From NCBI RefSeq assembly GCF_000315625.1, contig NW_005434620.1:1-58436 (forward strand): a stretch of 58,436 bases of DNA, in the 5' to 3' direction. Origin of the DNA: Guillardia theta CCMP2712. Taxonomy: Eukaryota; Protista; Cryptophyta. The notes under the pieces were generated by a model, which saw only the letters and a program-made list of their open reading frames with translations, was not told where the DNA came from and ran no database searches. Numbering within the stretch: position 1 is the first letter of the stretch; each line of letters opens with the position of its first letter. Made by a program: the position numbers and the translations under genes. Positions 10,551 through 24,500 of this stretch are shown piece by piece.

Positions 10551-10566
10551 AAACCCTAAACCCTAA
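10547..10566 (+). repeat. Short telomeric tract (CCCTAAA)2CCCTAA
   Basis: Read directly. Confidence 0.9.
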
Positions 10567-10779
10567 GAGGGAGGAGGGGAAAAGACTATACGAATGTTTT
10601 GCGGCAGCTTCCAGTTGGACGTGATAGTCTCAGTCCTCGTATAGAACCTGTCGGTGCCGTCAGCCTCCTCTTCCTTCCCCCTGTCGTCGCTCACTGAACA
10701 GCGTTCTTGCCATAGAAGTAGAGGTCGCCTGCCAGGCATGCCGTGAGCTCGGGAGGACTCGGCGGCCTCCCCTGATCAT

Positions 10780-11880
10780 ACTTAGCATGCTTTTCTTGGA
10801 TCCGGTGACAAAGAAGTAGGGGATCAGAACAGGGATAGGAACGTTAATCCCGATCTGTCCCACCTGCAGCAGAAAGTTTCGCCTCCTGCCCTCCCTGACC
10901 ACTGAGAGTTTGCTCACCTTGATGAAGTTCTGGAAGTACCTCGCTGCCACTCTCGAGCCTGTGAAGATCGCTGTTCCGTTTCCTGTATGGCCATATGATG
11001 ACGAAGGAGAGGGTACAGATGATGTTGGTGGTGGTTGTGATATGACGATAGTGATATCACTAAAATGATGATGATGATGAGGTGGAGGTGGAACACCAAG
11101 GAGAGGTTCACAACCGGAAGGAGTCGAAGGGGAGCAGGAAGACGAGGAGGAGCCAGGAGGAGCAGGAAGAGGAGAGAAAGAAGGGGCGGGGGGCGGGAGG
11201 AGAAGGAGGAGGAGGACGTGCACACTGTGCTGAGATGCACGCAAGCACCTGAGCGCGTGGGAATGTGAGGGAGGATGAAACGAAGGACAGAAGTTGAGAC
11301 AGCAGCAGAGGGAGGAGGGAGGAGGGAGGAGGGAGGAGGAAGGAGGGGGCGGCGGGGGGCGAGCCAGTGAGGAGCCTGTAACGACCAAAGGCGGTGGATC
11401 AAAGGGGAGGAGCGCATGAGAAGATATCAGGAGGACGTGGCGAGAGGGAGAGAGCGAAGAGAGGAGGTGGAGGATCGAAGAGCTTCTCATCACTGGGGCA
11501 AAGATCTCCTTTTGGTAGCACCTGCAGAAATCACGAGGCTTCACTGCTCCCCTCACCGGACTCACTGCATGCTCGTCGTCGCTTCTAGGATGGTCGGGCC
11601 AACCTAAGTTTCCCTTCATGCACACAGCCATCTTCTGATCCTCCCCTACCCGCAGATGCCCAGCTCTCCTCCCTGTTCTCCTGTTGTCAGCTTTCCCTCC
11701 ACCCCTCTCCTCTCTCCTCCTCCTCCTCCTCCTCCTCCTCCTCCTCCTCCTCCTCCTCAGATTCGGGAATTCCCTCACAACGACTTGTCTTCCATCCAGA
11801 TGCACAGTGCACAGATTCTGCTCCCCATCGCTGGCAGCAACGAGTAGCTGTCGCTCCCTCCACGGCCTCGTCCACTATCC
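10780..11880 (-). pseudogene. ALDH6A1: Decayed C-terminal fragment of methylmalonate-semialdehyde dehydrogenase (ALDH6 family)
   Basis: Ordered pieces [10 protein letters not shown] / [15 protein letters not shown] / [16 protein letters not shown]^[11 protein letters not shown] / [22 protein letters not shown]^[23 protein letters not shown] match the MMSDH C-terminus (GNFVGPT, Yx[15 protein letters not shown], GQxGxNVPIP). Two GT-AG introns are retained; there is a frameshift and there are low-complexity insertions. Confidence 0.75.
11716..11758 (+). repeat. (CCT)n microsatellite
   Basis: Read directly, ~14 units. Confidence 0.95.
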
Positions 11881-12593
11881 CCTATCTCGCACACATCATC
11901 GATTTACTACTTTAAAGAACCCTGATGCAGGAAGATTGTGCGACCTTGACGATCCCACGAGCAATGCAATCGCATTTTCCTTTCCTAATGCTCCAACTTT
12001 CCCTCGATAGACCTTGATAGTCCGAGCAGCTGGTTTGCTTAGAACATGTCACGATTCACCAAAGATAGAATCCGAGCTCACCTGAGAGGCTCCCAAACCC
12101 TCCATGGCAGTGTATACAGCAATTGAGGTCACCATGACGATGGATCCAGCGAAGCTGCACTGTCTGGTAAGTCTGCTGTCAACACCCATATGACCAGGGA
12201 TACCCTTGAACTCGTGATTCTCCGATCACTACACAGGCACAGTCTTTTGAACATTCTCAACCTTACGAGAGCATTTCATGAAGCCTGCTTCCTGTTCAAA
12301 GAAGAAAACAGGGTGAAATATCAGACCAGACAGCCAATGCAACCTCGTCTGAACACTGTACATCTCTAGCCTCGTCTGCTTCTACCTCTGGGCTTCAGTG
12401 TTGTAATTCTCTCCGATAACATCATCGCTTTTTCTAGCCGCAACTTCAAGCTCCTTCACCTGCCCTTGTTTTCTCTGCCTCGTCCTTTCTTCATGTATCT
12501 GGTTGAGGCGGATTTGTTTCTTTACCCTTTCCAACCAGAGCTGGCGATCTGGCTCCACTTAAGTAATTAAAATAAAGCAAAGATTCGAGCGAC

Positions 12594-15500
12594 ATGGGTG
12601 CAGGATTGAGTCTAAGGGGGAAGAGAAGGCAAGAGGAGCCATCGCAGGAGATTACTGTGAGTGAAATACAAGCACCGCATCACTATGAAATGTCGACAGA
12701 TGAACGAGCCACTTCACCAAGTCAGATTCAAGCTGAAAAGGAGAAACTTCGTGAATGGGAGGGAGAGCTGTCAAGACGTTTGACGGCCCTCGAAGAAAGG
12801 GAACGTTTGATCCTGGCTCGAGAGCAGGTCTTGGAGAGTCAGCATTTGTCGCCAGACAAGAATGGAGCTTCACGACAAAACCTGAGAAGTTCAATAGGAG
12901 ATGAGCGATGGTTTGGAGAGAGCCCGCGCTTGAGCCCGCTCAGAGACAAGACAACTCCCAGAGGACGATATGGACGAAGAAATTCTGTTCCAACTCTAAT
13001 CCGCTCTCCAAATGCAAGGACAAGGCACCTTCCGAGCTATATCGTGGAAAGCAAGAGCATCAGAGTCTTTGTGATCTCGTCCATGCCAAGCAATGAAACA
13101 TATCATATTCTGCAAGCAGCTGTGTTTCCTCGGCTGATCTCCGATGCCCATAGGAGAGGGCTGTCCCTCGTTTTTGTCGACTTCAGTGACACCCTGATCA
13201 AAGCGACTCAAGCCAGTGATGTATCTCTGGATCACGAGGCGGTGTTTACCAAAGATGTTGTACCTCTCTTGGACTTGATGCTGAAAGAAATAGAGCATTG
13301 TTGCATTCTGATTGGAATCCTTGCCGACCGGTACGGCCCAGGATTGGGAGCAGAAGTTTGTACATCTTTGTGTAAGATGGGTCACGACTGGATAAAGGAT
13401 TTAGAAGAGGCCAGTGTTGAAGATTTGATGATTCGAAAGGCGGCCAGTATGGATTCACTGAACCTGGAGTTGTCCTATTTTTATCTTAACAGAGTGAACG
13501 AGGGTATGTCGTCGAAAACGCAATTTTTTACGGGCAGAGATGACTTTGACTTGCACGATTCTCATCCAGTTAGTTCCGTGCAGATGAAACTCTGCAGAGA
13601 AGAAATTCTTAACCGTTACAAAGATAGAAGCTTACTTGGTGAAGTAGAACATATTGTGTCAGATGCTTCGATATGTTTTTTTAATGATAGTACCTCACTT
13701 GCAAAGATGGTATACGCAGACTTTCGTTCATTTTTGGATGTACAATTCCCGATCGACCATCAGGAAGCAGATGAGAAGGAATCAATCATTTCGAACCATG
13801 CATTAGTTGGGTTTGAAGCTCCTTTGCACGGTTGGGAGCCTGCTTGCAGTTCAGGTTGGTGGAATGGTGATAAGTATTTCCGTGATTATCAGATAAATCT
13901 TGCTTATCAGAAGAGTCTACAGGATTCGGAAATATTTGTCCCAGAGGAGTTTATTTCATGTTTGGATCAATACAGAAGTTTGGAGCCAACCGAATACCAA
14001 CCGAACAGGGCTCTAGCTTGTATTGACTTCCCCAATCAGACCTCGGTCTCTTTGTTTTTGGCTCTGTGGGCAAGAAATTTGCAAATGCACCAAGACAGCA
14101 ACACTAAGGTGATATATCACCGCTGCTCCACCTGTGGATGGGGGTTTCGAAGTGTTGAGCGTGAGCTCTTATACATCTTGTCTGAATTGAAACATACACT
14201 TGGCCTTGTGATGGAATTGCCTTCAAAAAGAAATGTGAAGCTCGACTTTCAGCATTGGTTGCGTGTTGCTGGAAAAAGAGCGAAGTGTGTAATAATCATC
14301 GATGGCGTAGAAAGATTGAAAGACTCAGGCGGATCTTTGCTGAAAGGACTGTGGAGCTGGTTGCCAGAGCTATTGCCTGCAAATTGCAAAGTAGTCCTTG
14401 GTGTGGGAGATGAGGACTCGACCGATTTCAGGTTGCTTCGTCACGTTCAATTTAGCAGATCTGAGTCGTCGAGCTCAGGATTTGCGCCTCCTTCTCTTGT
14501 GATGAATGAAAATGATCAGCTCTATCATGTAGTAGTAAGGGGCTATTCAGCTGATGAAGCAGCTGGCATATACATGCAAAGTCTGAAAAAGTATCTCAAC
14601 GACTTCAGCGATAAGAAACTTGTGCAAGACTTGTTTGGAATCGAGATACGCGAAATTCTTCAAGAAGATAATGATTTCACAGTTCAAATGAAGAACAAGT
14701 TGTTCAAATTTGGTAAATCGACCTGGGATAAGGGTGCAAGGAATGTATTGCTGTATTCACGAGTGTTTCGATACCAAGCAATATTGTTCAAGGATTACTT
14801 GCAATTTTCAGGCCCAAGCGCTCAACTAAGCAATCATCAAAATGATTTGCATGATGCAAAATCTCATTTACGTACCATTGTGACCGAGAGATCGCAGCAA
14901 GATGCGAGGATCAAATCTCTCCATTCGCTCAACAATGTAGATATCCTGTTGCAGGTCATAACTCACTTTGAGCTCATGGTTGGCACAGAATTTGCAGGCC
15001 ACAATTTTCTGAGAAAAATTTTGGAATTTTTGGTTTCCAGCTATAGCGGGTTGAATGAATTTTCATTACAAAAGTCTGTGGAATTTGACATCAGAAAGGA
15101 AGCAAGAGTCAGCAAATTAGATGAATGCGCTCTTTTCATGCAAATTGTCTCTCTATTGCAGAAATTGAGACCATTCATGATTTGTGCAGCTGGACATTTT
15201 GTTTGTGAAGATGATTTTCGAGAGGCAGTCAACAAATTATGCCGCAGAGAAGTAAAGCGCATTCCATGCAATCCCTGGCTTCTACTTGATAGAGAAAGCC
15301 AAAAACTTGATTTCAAGCCCATCTTTCATGCGCAAGAGGACATCGCCGAAGCTATTCATATCTATTCGAGCGCAGAAATGCAATATAATCTTACGGAATT
15401 GATTTGTAATCCATCATTTCTCGTCTCTGCATATCATACTGTGCACTGGAAAGATTTCGTGTCTATCTGGAAAGACTTGGTAGATCAAGGATCGTCGAAG

Positions 15501-18500
15501 GATCTCGCTCTGACACTCCGACAAAATGGATGCATACACTGGGGCCCCATAAGTTTTGATGGTAGCACTTTTCAAGATGAGGACCTCAGGTTGAAGTTCT
15601 GCATTTTAGAAACTATTCTAATTGCAGAATTTTTATTGCTTGTACTGAATGATTCAGCTAATGCCGAACTGTTGCTTGATTTCAAATGGCGAGAAGTGGA
15701 GAAATCAGGGAAGGCCCTTTTAACTGGATTTTTGGTTCCTAAATCGTATCTCATAGCTATTTCTTTGTCACACAAAGGTGAAAAAGAACGTGCAATCACA
15801 ATTCTAAGTTCTGCTCTCCATGAAACATCGAGTCAAACTGATGGATCCATACAGAATCAGTATTGGAGAGAAAAATCCTACATCGATGGTTTTCTGAAGT
15901 TGTCACGATACCGTGCAACATGCTTACTTGCTGAATTCTACCACGAGTCGATGAAGATTGTTGAATCTGAACGCTTGTATGGAAAAATAGTTTCGATTCT
16001 AACAGATTACTCTATCAAATACAGGGTTGCAAGACTATTTCTCGCAAGAATCAAGTGGAAAATTGCGCTTCTTCTTCGTGATGCTGCAAAATTTAGAGAA
16101 TCACTGGTAGAGGCGCATGAGTCGGAAGCATTCCTACAACAGGAATGTTGGGAAAGTCACCCTGAGCTGACTGTGATCACTGATTTTGTCGTGAAGCTGA
16201 GCAGGAGGATCAATTTTGCTGCTGTTGAGAAAAACCAATCTGTTGGATCAATCGACATGGAGTTCATGGAAGAAAATGATTCTTCATCAGGGACAGAGAA
16301 GGTTGAGATAAATCAGGTCCCAGACTTACTGACAGAATTCGATGCTTCCTTCAGGAGAGGCGAATATGTAGTGGCACAAGCAAGAATAAAGACCGCATTG
16401 ATATCAATTGAGGAGGCATTTCCAAATCAGCATGATGACTTGTGGATTGATGCTTCCCTCAAATTTTCTCGTGTCCTGGCGAGAAGAAATTTGTTTTCAA
16501 ATGCATTACAGATAATCGAGAAGGTAATTCAAGTGACCCTTAAGCTGGCTCCTCGTGTCGACCATGTTTCTGTGCTGGAGCCGAAACTGGAGCTATGCAT
16601 TTGCCTTTTACATTCCGGCAGCTACGATCGAGCTTTTGAATTGTTGCAGCAATTAAGTGAATGGGATCTGACATCGAAATTGGATGAGAAACATCCATTA
16701 CTTGCCAAGATGAATTATGCGTTAGGAGTGATGTATTCCGTGCAGGGCCACTGTGTAAAAGCTGAAGAGTACTTTCTGAAATCCCTGAAATCACGTGAGA
16801 GTGGAACAAATGAGCTGGAAGACGAATATTTCGCATCCAAATGCTCTTTGATATCAACATATTTTGCACAGGACAAATTTGAATTAGCAGAAAAAGAGAT
16901 AGGATCCACAATGATACAGGTTGAAGATAGCATGGGCAAAGGATCGTATCATAAGGCCGAGTTGAATTACTTGCTTGGAAGCATACTTCTTTTGAAGGCT
17001 AACTACAGAGGAAGTGATCATGCGTTCAGGGAGACTCAAAGACTTTTGAAAGCATGCATCGGTGATCAGCAAAGTTCCCTGCATTACCTTTTCCTTCTCA
17101 CTTCCTCAAAGTTAGCAGAAAAAAGTCTAGCACAGAGAAGGCTCGAAGAAGCTGGATTCATTTATGAAAAGCTCATGGAATCTCTTAAACGGACTGAGCT
17201 TGATCTGCAAAACTCAGTTTGGGTCAGTGAAATCAAAGAGAGGTACTTTTTCTTACTTGAGAGCCTTGGAAATGTAGATGATGCAATGATACAACTTGAA
17301 GAGGCCCTGGATATACGTAAGCAGATATCTGGGCATGAAATCTCGTCAACATTTCATCTTTATGTATTTTATGCTACGCAAGAGATTTCGTTGGGCCGCT
17401 TTACCTCTGCATACACCACGATACAGCATTTGGATCATATCAAAATCAATTCTGAACTCTTCTTGAACTCGCAGGAAGCTGCCTTGGAGACTGTCAAGGC
17501 CAAATTTACTTTTATAAGAGATGTGGACTTAGACAGAGCGGAGCAGCATGCACGGCGAGCTTTGTTTCTGAAAGAAGAGATCGAGGGTAAGGAGCATCCG
17601 TCGGTCGCATACGCGAAGGTCTTGTTGAGTAACATCTTGATTCAACGCAGAAAGTATCATGACGCCGATGGCTTACTCCGTGCAGCTCATGGCACATTAA
17701 CTATCATGTTTGGAAAATCTTCGCCGCACATATCGGATGTTCTCAGGATTCAAGCTCAAATGATGATCGCCAAATTTGATATAGAGAGAGTAGAAGAGCC
17801 CTTGAGAGAAGCACTCATTAACGACTCAAGTACAGAAATCGCTGCGGCTTTCTTGGAAGGAAAGGAAGATGTGACGTTGCCGAAATTTGCAAATGTTGTC
17901 AACATCTTAGAGGATTTGGAAGTAATGGGAAACTTGTACATTTTGAAAGGGAACTTTTCTGGTGCATATTTTGTCTACCGGCAAATGAGCTTGTTGGCAG
18001 AGTATATCTTTGGTCTGAATGTTAATCATCCGCTTACAGCTAAAGCCTTAATTGGTTTATCCATGACGAAACAAAGAAGAGGTGAGTACGTGGAGGCTTA
18101 TGACCTTTGTAAACGGGGCGTGGATATGCTTGTTGGTATGTTTGGCACAAGGCATCCTCAAGTATTTCGAAATACATTTCATCTTCTCGAAATTCTGGAA
18201 CTAGCTGGAGATTTTGCTGAAGCAGTAGATCGTTGCAACAATTTGATGGAAGCAATAGAGGGTAATTCAGTTTTCTCAGAAATTGATTTGTATCGTGTAG
18301 CAGCCTATCGGGCAAGGTACGAATACGAAATGGGCGAAAAACATAGGCCATCACTGGAATTGCGACGATTATTTTACAGCCTTGAAACAAGTATTGGATT
18401 CGGATCCCTCCTGAAACCAAAGAAGGATGAGCAGGGCAAAAATGAAACTGAAGGTGTTGAACATGATTCCATCCAGACCAACATGAAACGACAGACAGTA

Positions 18501-21500
18501 GTTCTGCAGGCTCAGATTTTGCTGTGGATCGCCGAGCTTGAGGTGATAATGAATTGTTTGGGATTTGTGTTGATCCACACTTTAGTTGAGCAGTTTTCGC
18601 TTGGACAAGGCCCAAAAATTGACCCTCGTTGCAATGCAGATCTTGAAAAATTTTCGAAAAATTGGAACACATGTTTTGTTACAAGCCAATTCCATGCGAA
18701 GCATGATTCAAATATCAAAGGGGAAATTTACCGATGCTTTGAACATTTTGAACTTTTCGGAAAGAGGAGAAATAAGTGCGGTTTCGAACTCTGCTTTGAA
18801 GCAGAATGGGGCGACGTCTCTCGTTGATTTGCAGGTATTTGCATGATCAACTTAATCATTTCCCATTTTTCCTCACTTGCCATAGGCACGAGCACTCATT
18901 GCCATGTTTCAAGCTGCTTACGAAGAATCGAGAAAGTGTTTTGCTGAGGTCTTGAAATATGCCCTCTGCTTTGTATTTGAATTCTAACCTCGATCGTCCA
19001 GGCACTGAGTGCGACTGAAAATCGACTCAAGTCCAGAAATGCTCATCGTGGCAAGACTCTATATTTACTGTCAGGTTTACATCGAGATGTTTTTGTCGCT
19101 CTTGACAAGATCTTTAATGTTTAGGACTTCTCACTCGAATGGGCCTGTACGAGGATGCCTATCTCGCTTTGAGTAACTCAAGAGCCCTCCATCTTGGGTT
19201 CAATCCTTCAAGCCTGAATTTACTTTACATACAGCTTACTCAAGCAACCTTAGATCTAGATTGTGGGTTTGTCCAACCTGCACGAGAGGCTCTTGAAAGC
19301 GTGCTGGACAAGAGCAGAGGCCTTCATAATCATCCATTGCGTATTGAAGCATTCTGTGAAATGTGCAGACTTGAAATGATTGAGAGGGACTTTCAACAAG
19401 CTGCAAGAAGAATACAAGAAGGAAATCGTGCGGTCGATGACAACATCAATTTGTATGTTTGCTTTTATACTTCGTTTGTACACGGATAGCTGACAATTAT
19501 CTGCAGAGGGCTCACCCAAGCAAGAAAGAAACATCGATCTGATGCAGCCGAAAATGCCTTTCAGAAAATAGGCAAAAAGTCAAAAAATCTTGAAAAACTT
19601 CTTCGAGGTTTGATGAATTTTGCATGGGAACAGATTGCTACAGAAATTCGAGAACATCCCATCAAAAGCTATGCACAAGAGATGAATGCCATCTTAGCTC
19701 TCAACATTGGCGATCTTAAGCATGCAGAAATGATTGTCGACAAACTGATTCAAGAATACTCTCAACAAAATCCAGCATTAGCATCAAATGAAACTCACCC
19801 TCTTGTGGCCAAATGTTGGACGATCAAAGGAAAGATCAGATTCCGTAACGGTCTATACAAAGAATCGATGACATTGTTTGTCAAAGCGCTGAAAGGAAAA
19901 GAGCATGGAGGCCTTGATGCAGGCCATACTTCAAATGCAGAAGATTATGAAGGCATAGCTCAATGCTTTTGGTCTTTGGGTGACTATAATCAAGCAATTC
20001 AAAATTTTCGAAAAGCAAAAACACTTCGCAGAAATGCTTCAAAGAATGCCAAAACGATAGAATCAATCGCCGTTGATATTTCATTGTCGATCACATTTCT
20101 TGAGCAAGGCAGAAATCGAATTTATGACGGATCAACTCCCAACGACAATCTTGACGAATTGGGGAAAGTTGAACATCTTCAGAAGATGTGGTTTTTGCCT
20201 CAGACAGACGTAAAGGAGAGGGTCTTGTATGAACATTCTTTGCTTGATGCGGCGTCTCGTTGTGCTGTATTAGAATTTGAAAAGGACGATGTCTTGCTGG
20301 AGCGTGACAGTCCTATGGATTTCATTCTGATTGTTGTTCGTGGTGCAATTCGAGTGGTTGGGGTAGACAACGAAGTGATTAGAATTGTGAGGGAAGGAGA
20401 GCTTTACGGTGAATTCGAAATGTTACTGCAGATATCGACACACAACTCGCTCTATGCATCCGAGGATGGAATAGCACTTGTAGTGACCAAAGAAGCAATC
20501 AAACTCATATTTAGTTCAACTGCCAACATGGTTCATGATGTTTGCAAGAATTTAACTATGGAAATTCAATTGACGAAATCGTTTTCGATTCCCGATCTGA
20601 GTGACGGAGAGGGAAATATTCCGATGGACGAAATTGTGAAGAATTTAAGGCAAATGCTGCAAATGGATAACACGATAGCTCGGTCAGAGTCATCTGAATT
20701 TGTGAAATCTCAATTTCGCAATGCAAGTACGAAGCAACTGAGACGTAGTGTCATCTTGCGAAGGGGAAGTGTGTATGTCGATGCTCTAGATGAAGAAACA
20801 GGCAAGGATGAGGAGACCCGTGTGGGGACTGACGACGTGACTTCCCTACTAAGATCTTTGCATAAGTTGACGCGCAAAAAAACCAGCTTACTATCAGAGG
20901 CTCATTTTGTCTACGGCCTGTTGTGTTCTAGTCAGTATCGGTACCATGCAGCTGCTCGAGAACTGCTCTCATCCCTTCAAGCATGCGGGGAGAATTCCTT
21001 CGGCTCATGCTATTTCTCGATATCCCGCATATTATTCGAATATGTCAGGGTCATGGTTGTGTTGGGTAAACAGGATGAAGCGATTGAGGCTCTTCAATTC
21101 CATTCGACAAAACTTCTGCAGGTGATCAGGAGTGAGCATGTCGAATTTTTCCTCATCCACCTCGGTTACATGCATGTGTATCTTTGCTTGGGGGATCCAA
21201 TCATGGCTGAACAATCTCTGATGTCAGCTCAACAGATCAGTAAGAGTTTTTATTCTGCCAGACACCCGAGGATCAACTTGCTGTTATCGTCAACAGCAAG
21301 ACTCAGTCAGTTAAGAGGTCAGTACCACAAGGCCTTGGAATGCTATTACCAGTCCATTGAGCTAAAAAAACTTGCTGGTTTTGACGAGTACCATGCTTTG
21401 ATCGCTGAGGATCAAGAGGGCATTAGCAACTGCCTTGCCATGCAAGGAAGATACAGGGTAGGGTTCTAACACCAGTCCTTGATTGTGTACTGAAAATTGA

Positions 21501-24500
21501 TTCATAGGAAGCGGATGAGGCGTTGGAAACCGCAATCGCAGCAAGGTCGCAGAAGACGCAGGCAGGTCCAGAACGAGCCTCAGCTTTGTTGCCTTTGCTG
21601 GCGATCAAAGCAAGACAATTAAGTGATCAGGTTCTGTTTGTAAGCCGTTTTTTGCTTTCTTAACCTCGTGTTTGAGCAGGGATTCCTAGAGGATGCCCTC
21701 ACTTTGGCGACCAAAATTACAGATTCATGTCAATCAACAGAAGGGACGGAATCTGACTTTGAACCTTGTTTAGTAGTTGCACATCACATTTCAGCAAATT
21801 ACTTTGCATATTTGGGCCTATTTGAACTTGCAACAGAACGAGCAAATCAGGCAATACAAATATGCAATCGGCTTTATTGCCGAACGCACCCCCTTTACAT
21901 CGAACTGCTCTGCTTCATGGTTGGATTAAATTTCAACTATGGGAGGCACGACCATATGATTCAGGAAGAATTGGAGTCTATAATTACAGACATGAAGCGA
22001 GCATACCCCACTGGTCATATCCTCTACTACCTTGTTGATGGTGCCATTGGCATTTTTGAGCGGAGAAAGCACAACACGTTTGGTGCCCTACTTCTCTTTC
22101 AACAAGCAATACAAGGATATCAGGTGAAATGAATTTTTGCCAATGTTTGCTTTGACACGGCGCCATTAAGTCAATCCTTGATAACAAAGAAGAATATTCA
22201 GACAATTGGAAATCATTATCTCTGAAGGTTCGTCATGAATGCTTAGGTTCTTTGATCGACTGAAAGGCTTGCAGATTGAGCTGATAGGTGTCTTGTTGGA
22301 TTTGAACATGAATTTACAAGCTGCCAAAGAGGTCGAGGATTACTTTCTTTCGATTGAAGAATTCTTCGCACAGGTTCTTGTGATTGTTGCACAGAATGTT
22401 TCATGACTTGATCAATAGAACTCTGATGTTGAGTCCATTCCAGAATCAAAATCTGATATGGACTTGAACGATGACGTAGAAGGTGACGAGATCGAGGATG
22501 GCGGTGTGGTTTCAGAGGAATCGCAGCAAAAAGCAGTTTTTGATATCCACAATCTCTCAAAGGATCCAGCCAAAAGCGATGGTCATGTCAAGAAGCAATG
22601 GCTTGCTGTCCACCAAGTTGCAGGAGGAGAATCCAAGAAATTCAAAATTGGATCACGTCCGCACAACTCGAAGCTCGATCCTTCCATACCGGTACAGAGA
22701 GATGCTGATTCACTCAATTTGACCAATGACTCTGTGGACGGAGCGACATCGGCACGTCAACTTCTTCCCACATTAGAAGAAAGTCCAGAAGTGTGGGAGG
22801 GAAATGCTGGAGAAATACTTGATTTCCGATTCCCACAATTGCTCGACATCATATCGAAAGAGGGTCAGGACGGTGATTCAAAATTTCCTTCCTCACTGCA
22901 CCAAAACATCGATGTCATTTCAATGGAAGATATGGTGGAGGGTTTGGGAATCAACCATTTCTTCCAAGGAGCCACTTTGGAAGAGCCATGGGAATGCCTG
23001 CATGAAACTCAATTCAAAGAGCTTCTTGTTGTTGAGGTCCCTGCTTTTCCTCTGCAGATCGTTCTCTTGGTAAAGATGTGTGCATTTCAGTTTGCATTGA
23101 AGAGTATACGTCACTTCAGAGCTGTTGTTGGACAGGCAGGGAACAGTGACCATCCATTTCTCCTTGACAGCCAGCTGCTTGAAGCTATCTGCCTCTGTGG
23201 CCTCGGTCATTACAGCTCTGCAGAAATTCTTCTGGAAAAATGCTTCACAACAAGTGTCGATGCACGTGTGCACGGAGAGCAACGAATGATTGATTTTAGG
23301 CACGACGTGCTGAAGGCCAAGGGTGAGCTAAGTGAGCTCAAGCAGGACTATGAGCGAGCAGCAGAGCTCTATCTGCAAGCCGTGGAACCATGGATACAGC
23401 AGGGAGAGACTGACCACCCCTCCGTCATAAAAGCGCAGATGCATGTTGCCAGAGTTCGCTGGAAAACAGGCATGATGAATGATTCCCTAAATCATGTATC
23501 ATCAGTATGAGTCGTTTTCTTGGGTCAATACCTTTGAGTTGACATCTTTCTCAGGGCATTGCAAGCTTGTCGCGCATCGTAGGGCAGAATCATTTCGATG
23601 TTGCAAACCTTGAGATCGACCTCGCAGATATGATGACTCGTTTTGGTGTGTCTTGCAATGGAAGGGAGATTTTCTCTGAACGTGATCAACGCAGAGCATC
23701 TGCTTGATGACGCCGAAAGCCTCTACTTGCATGCCAGTGACATCCTCCTTCAGACGACAGGAGAAGACCACCCGGTATAGAGCTACTTATTGCTCAGCTA
23801 CTCACCTGGTACCTCAGGTCTTCGCCCGCTGTTCAGTTGGACTTGCCAATCTTTACGACATTCGGGGACCAGCAGGGAAGAAATATGCCCAGGTCATGAC
23901 AAGCTTGACCAAGTCTCTGTCCACGATTGTGAGAATTTATGGTCGCCGACACGCCATGTTATACCCCGTTCTGCAAACATATCAAGAGGTTTGTGAGAGA
24001 AGGCTTATGCCTAACCATGTTCGTTTTCTACAAGAGTGGGTGATCGAGATTTTAATCAACACTATTGGACACACCAGCGAAAGAGTAGATGACGCAAAAA
24101 ATCGCTTGATTGCGATTTTGATCAAGAATGAAGACTTTCAGCGAGCTAGGACGTTGTTAGATGAGATGTTGGCAAAAAAAGAAGCGGCTTATGGCAACTT
24201 GGACCAAAGCATATCGCAAATCATTCTTCGGATTGTTGACCTTGAGATGCAAGCTGCGGAGAGGTAATGTGCGCAGGAGGACGTGTTATTTCAATTTGAA
24301 GAGTCTTGCAGGATTCAGAATGAGCAGCAAGAAAAGGCCATTTTGCAGAGCGTCATTCCATTGTTACAACGGTCCATATCAATCAAGCTTAATGCTCATT
24401 CGCTGCATGCCGAAGGAGGTTTCAACAGTGCATGCTGCCCAGAGCTGAAGCGACTAGCAAGAGTTCACGCATTGCTGCTGGAATGGAAGAATTGCGAGTA

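Noticed and set aside
10660-11805. 381-aa ORF as a real protein
   Set aside because: It is a mosaic of microsatellite, introns and ALDH6 pseudogene pieces.
11880-12500. Possible short spliced minus-strand gene
   Set aside because: Splice-like signals are present, but there is no recognisable homology or reliable model.
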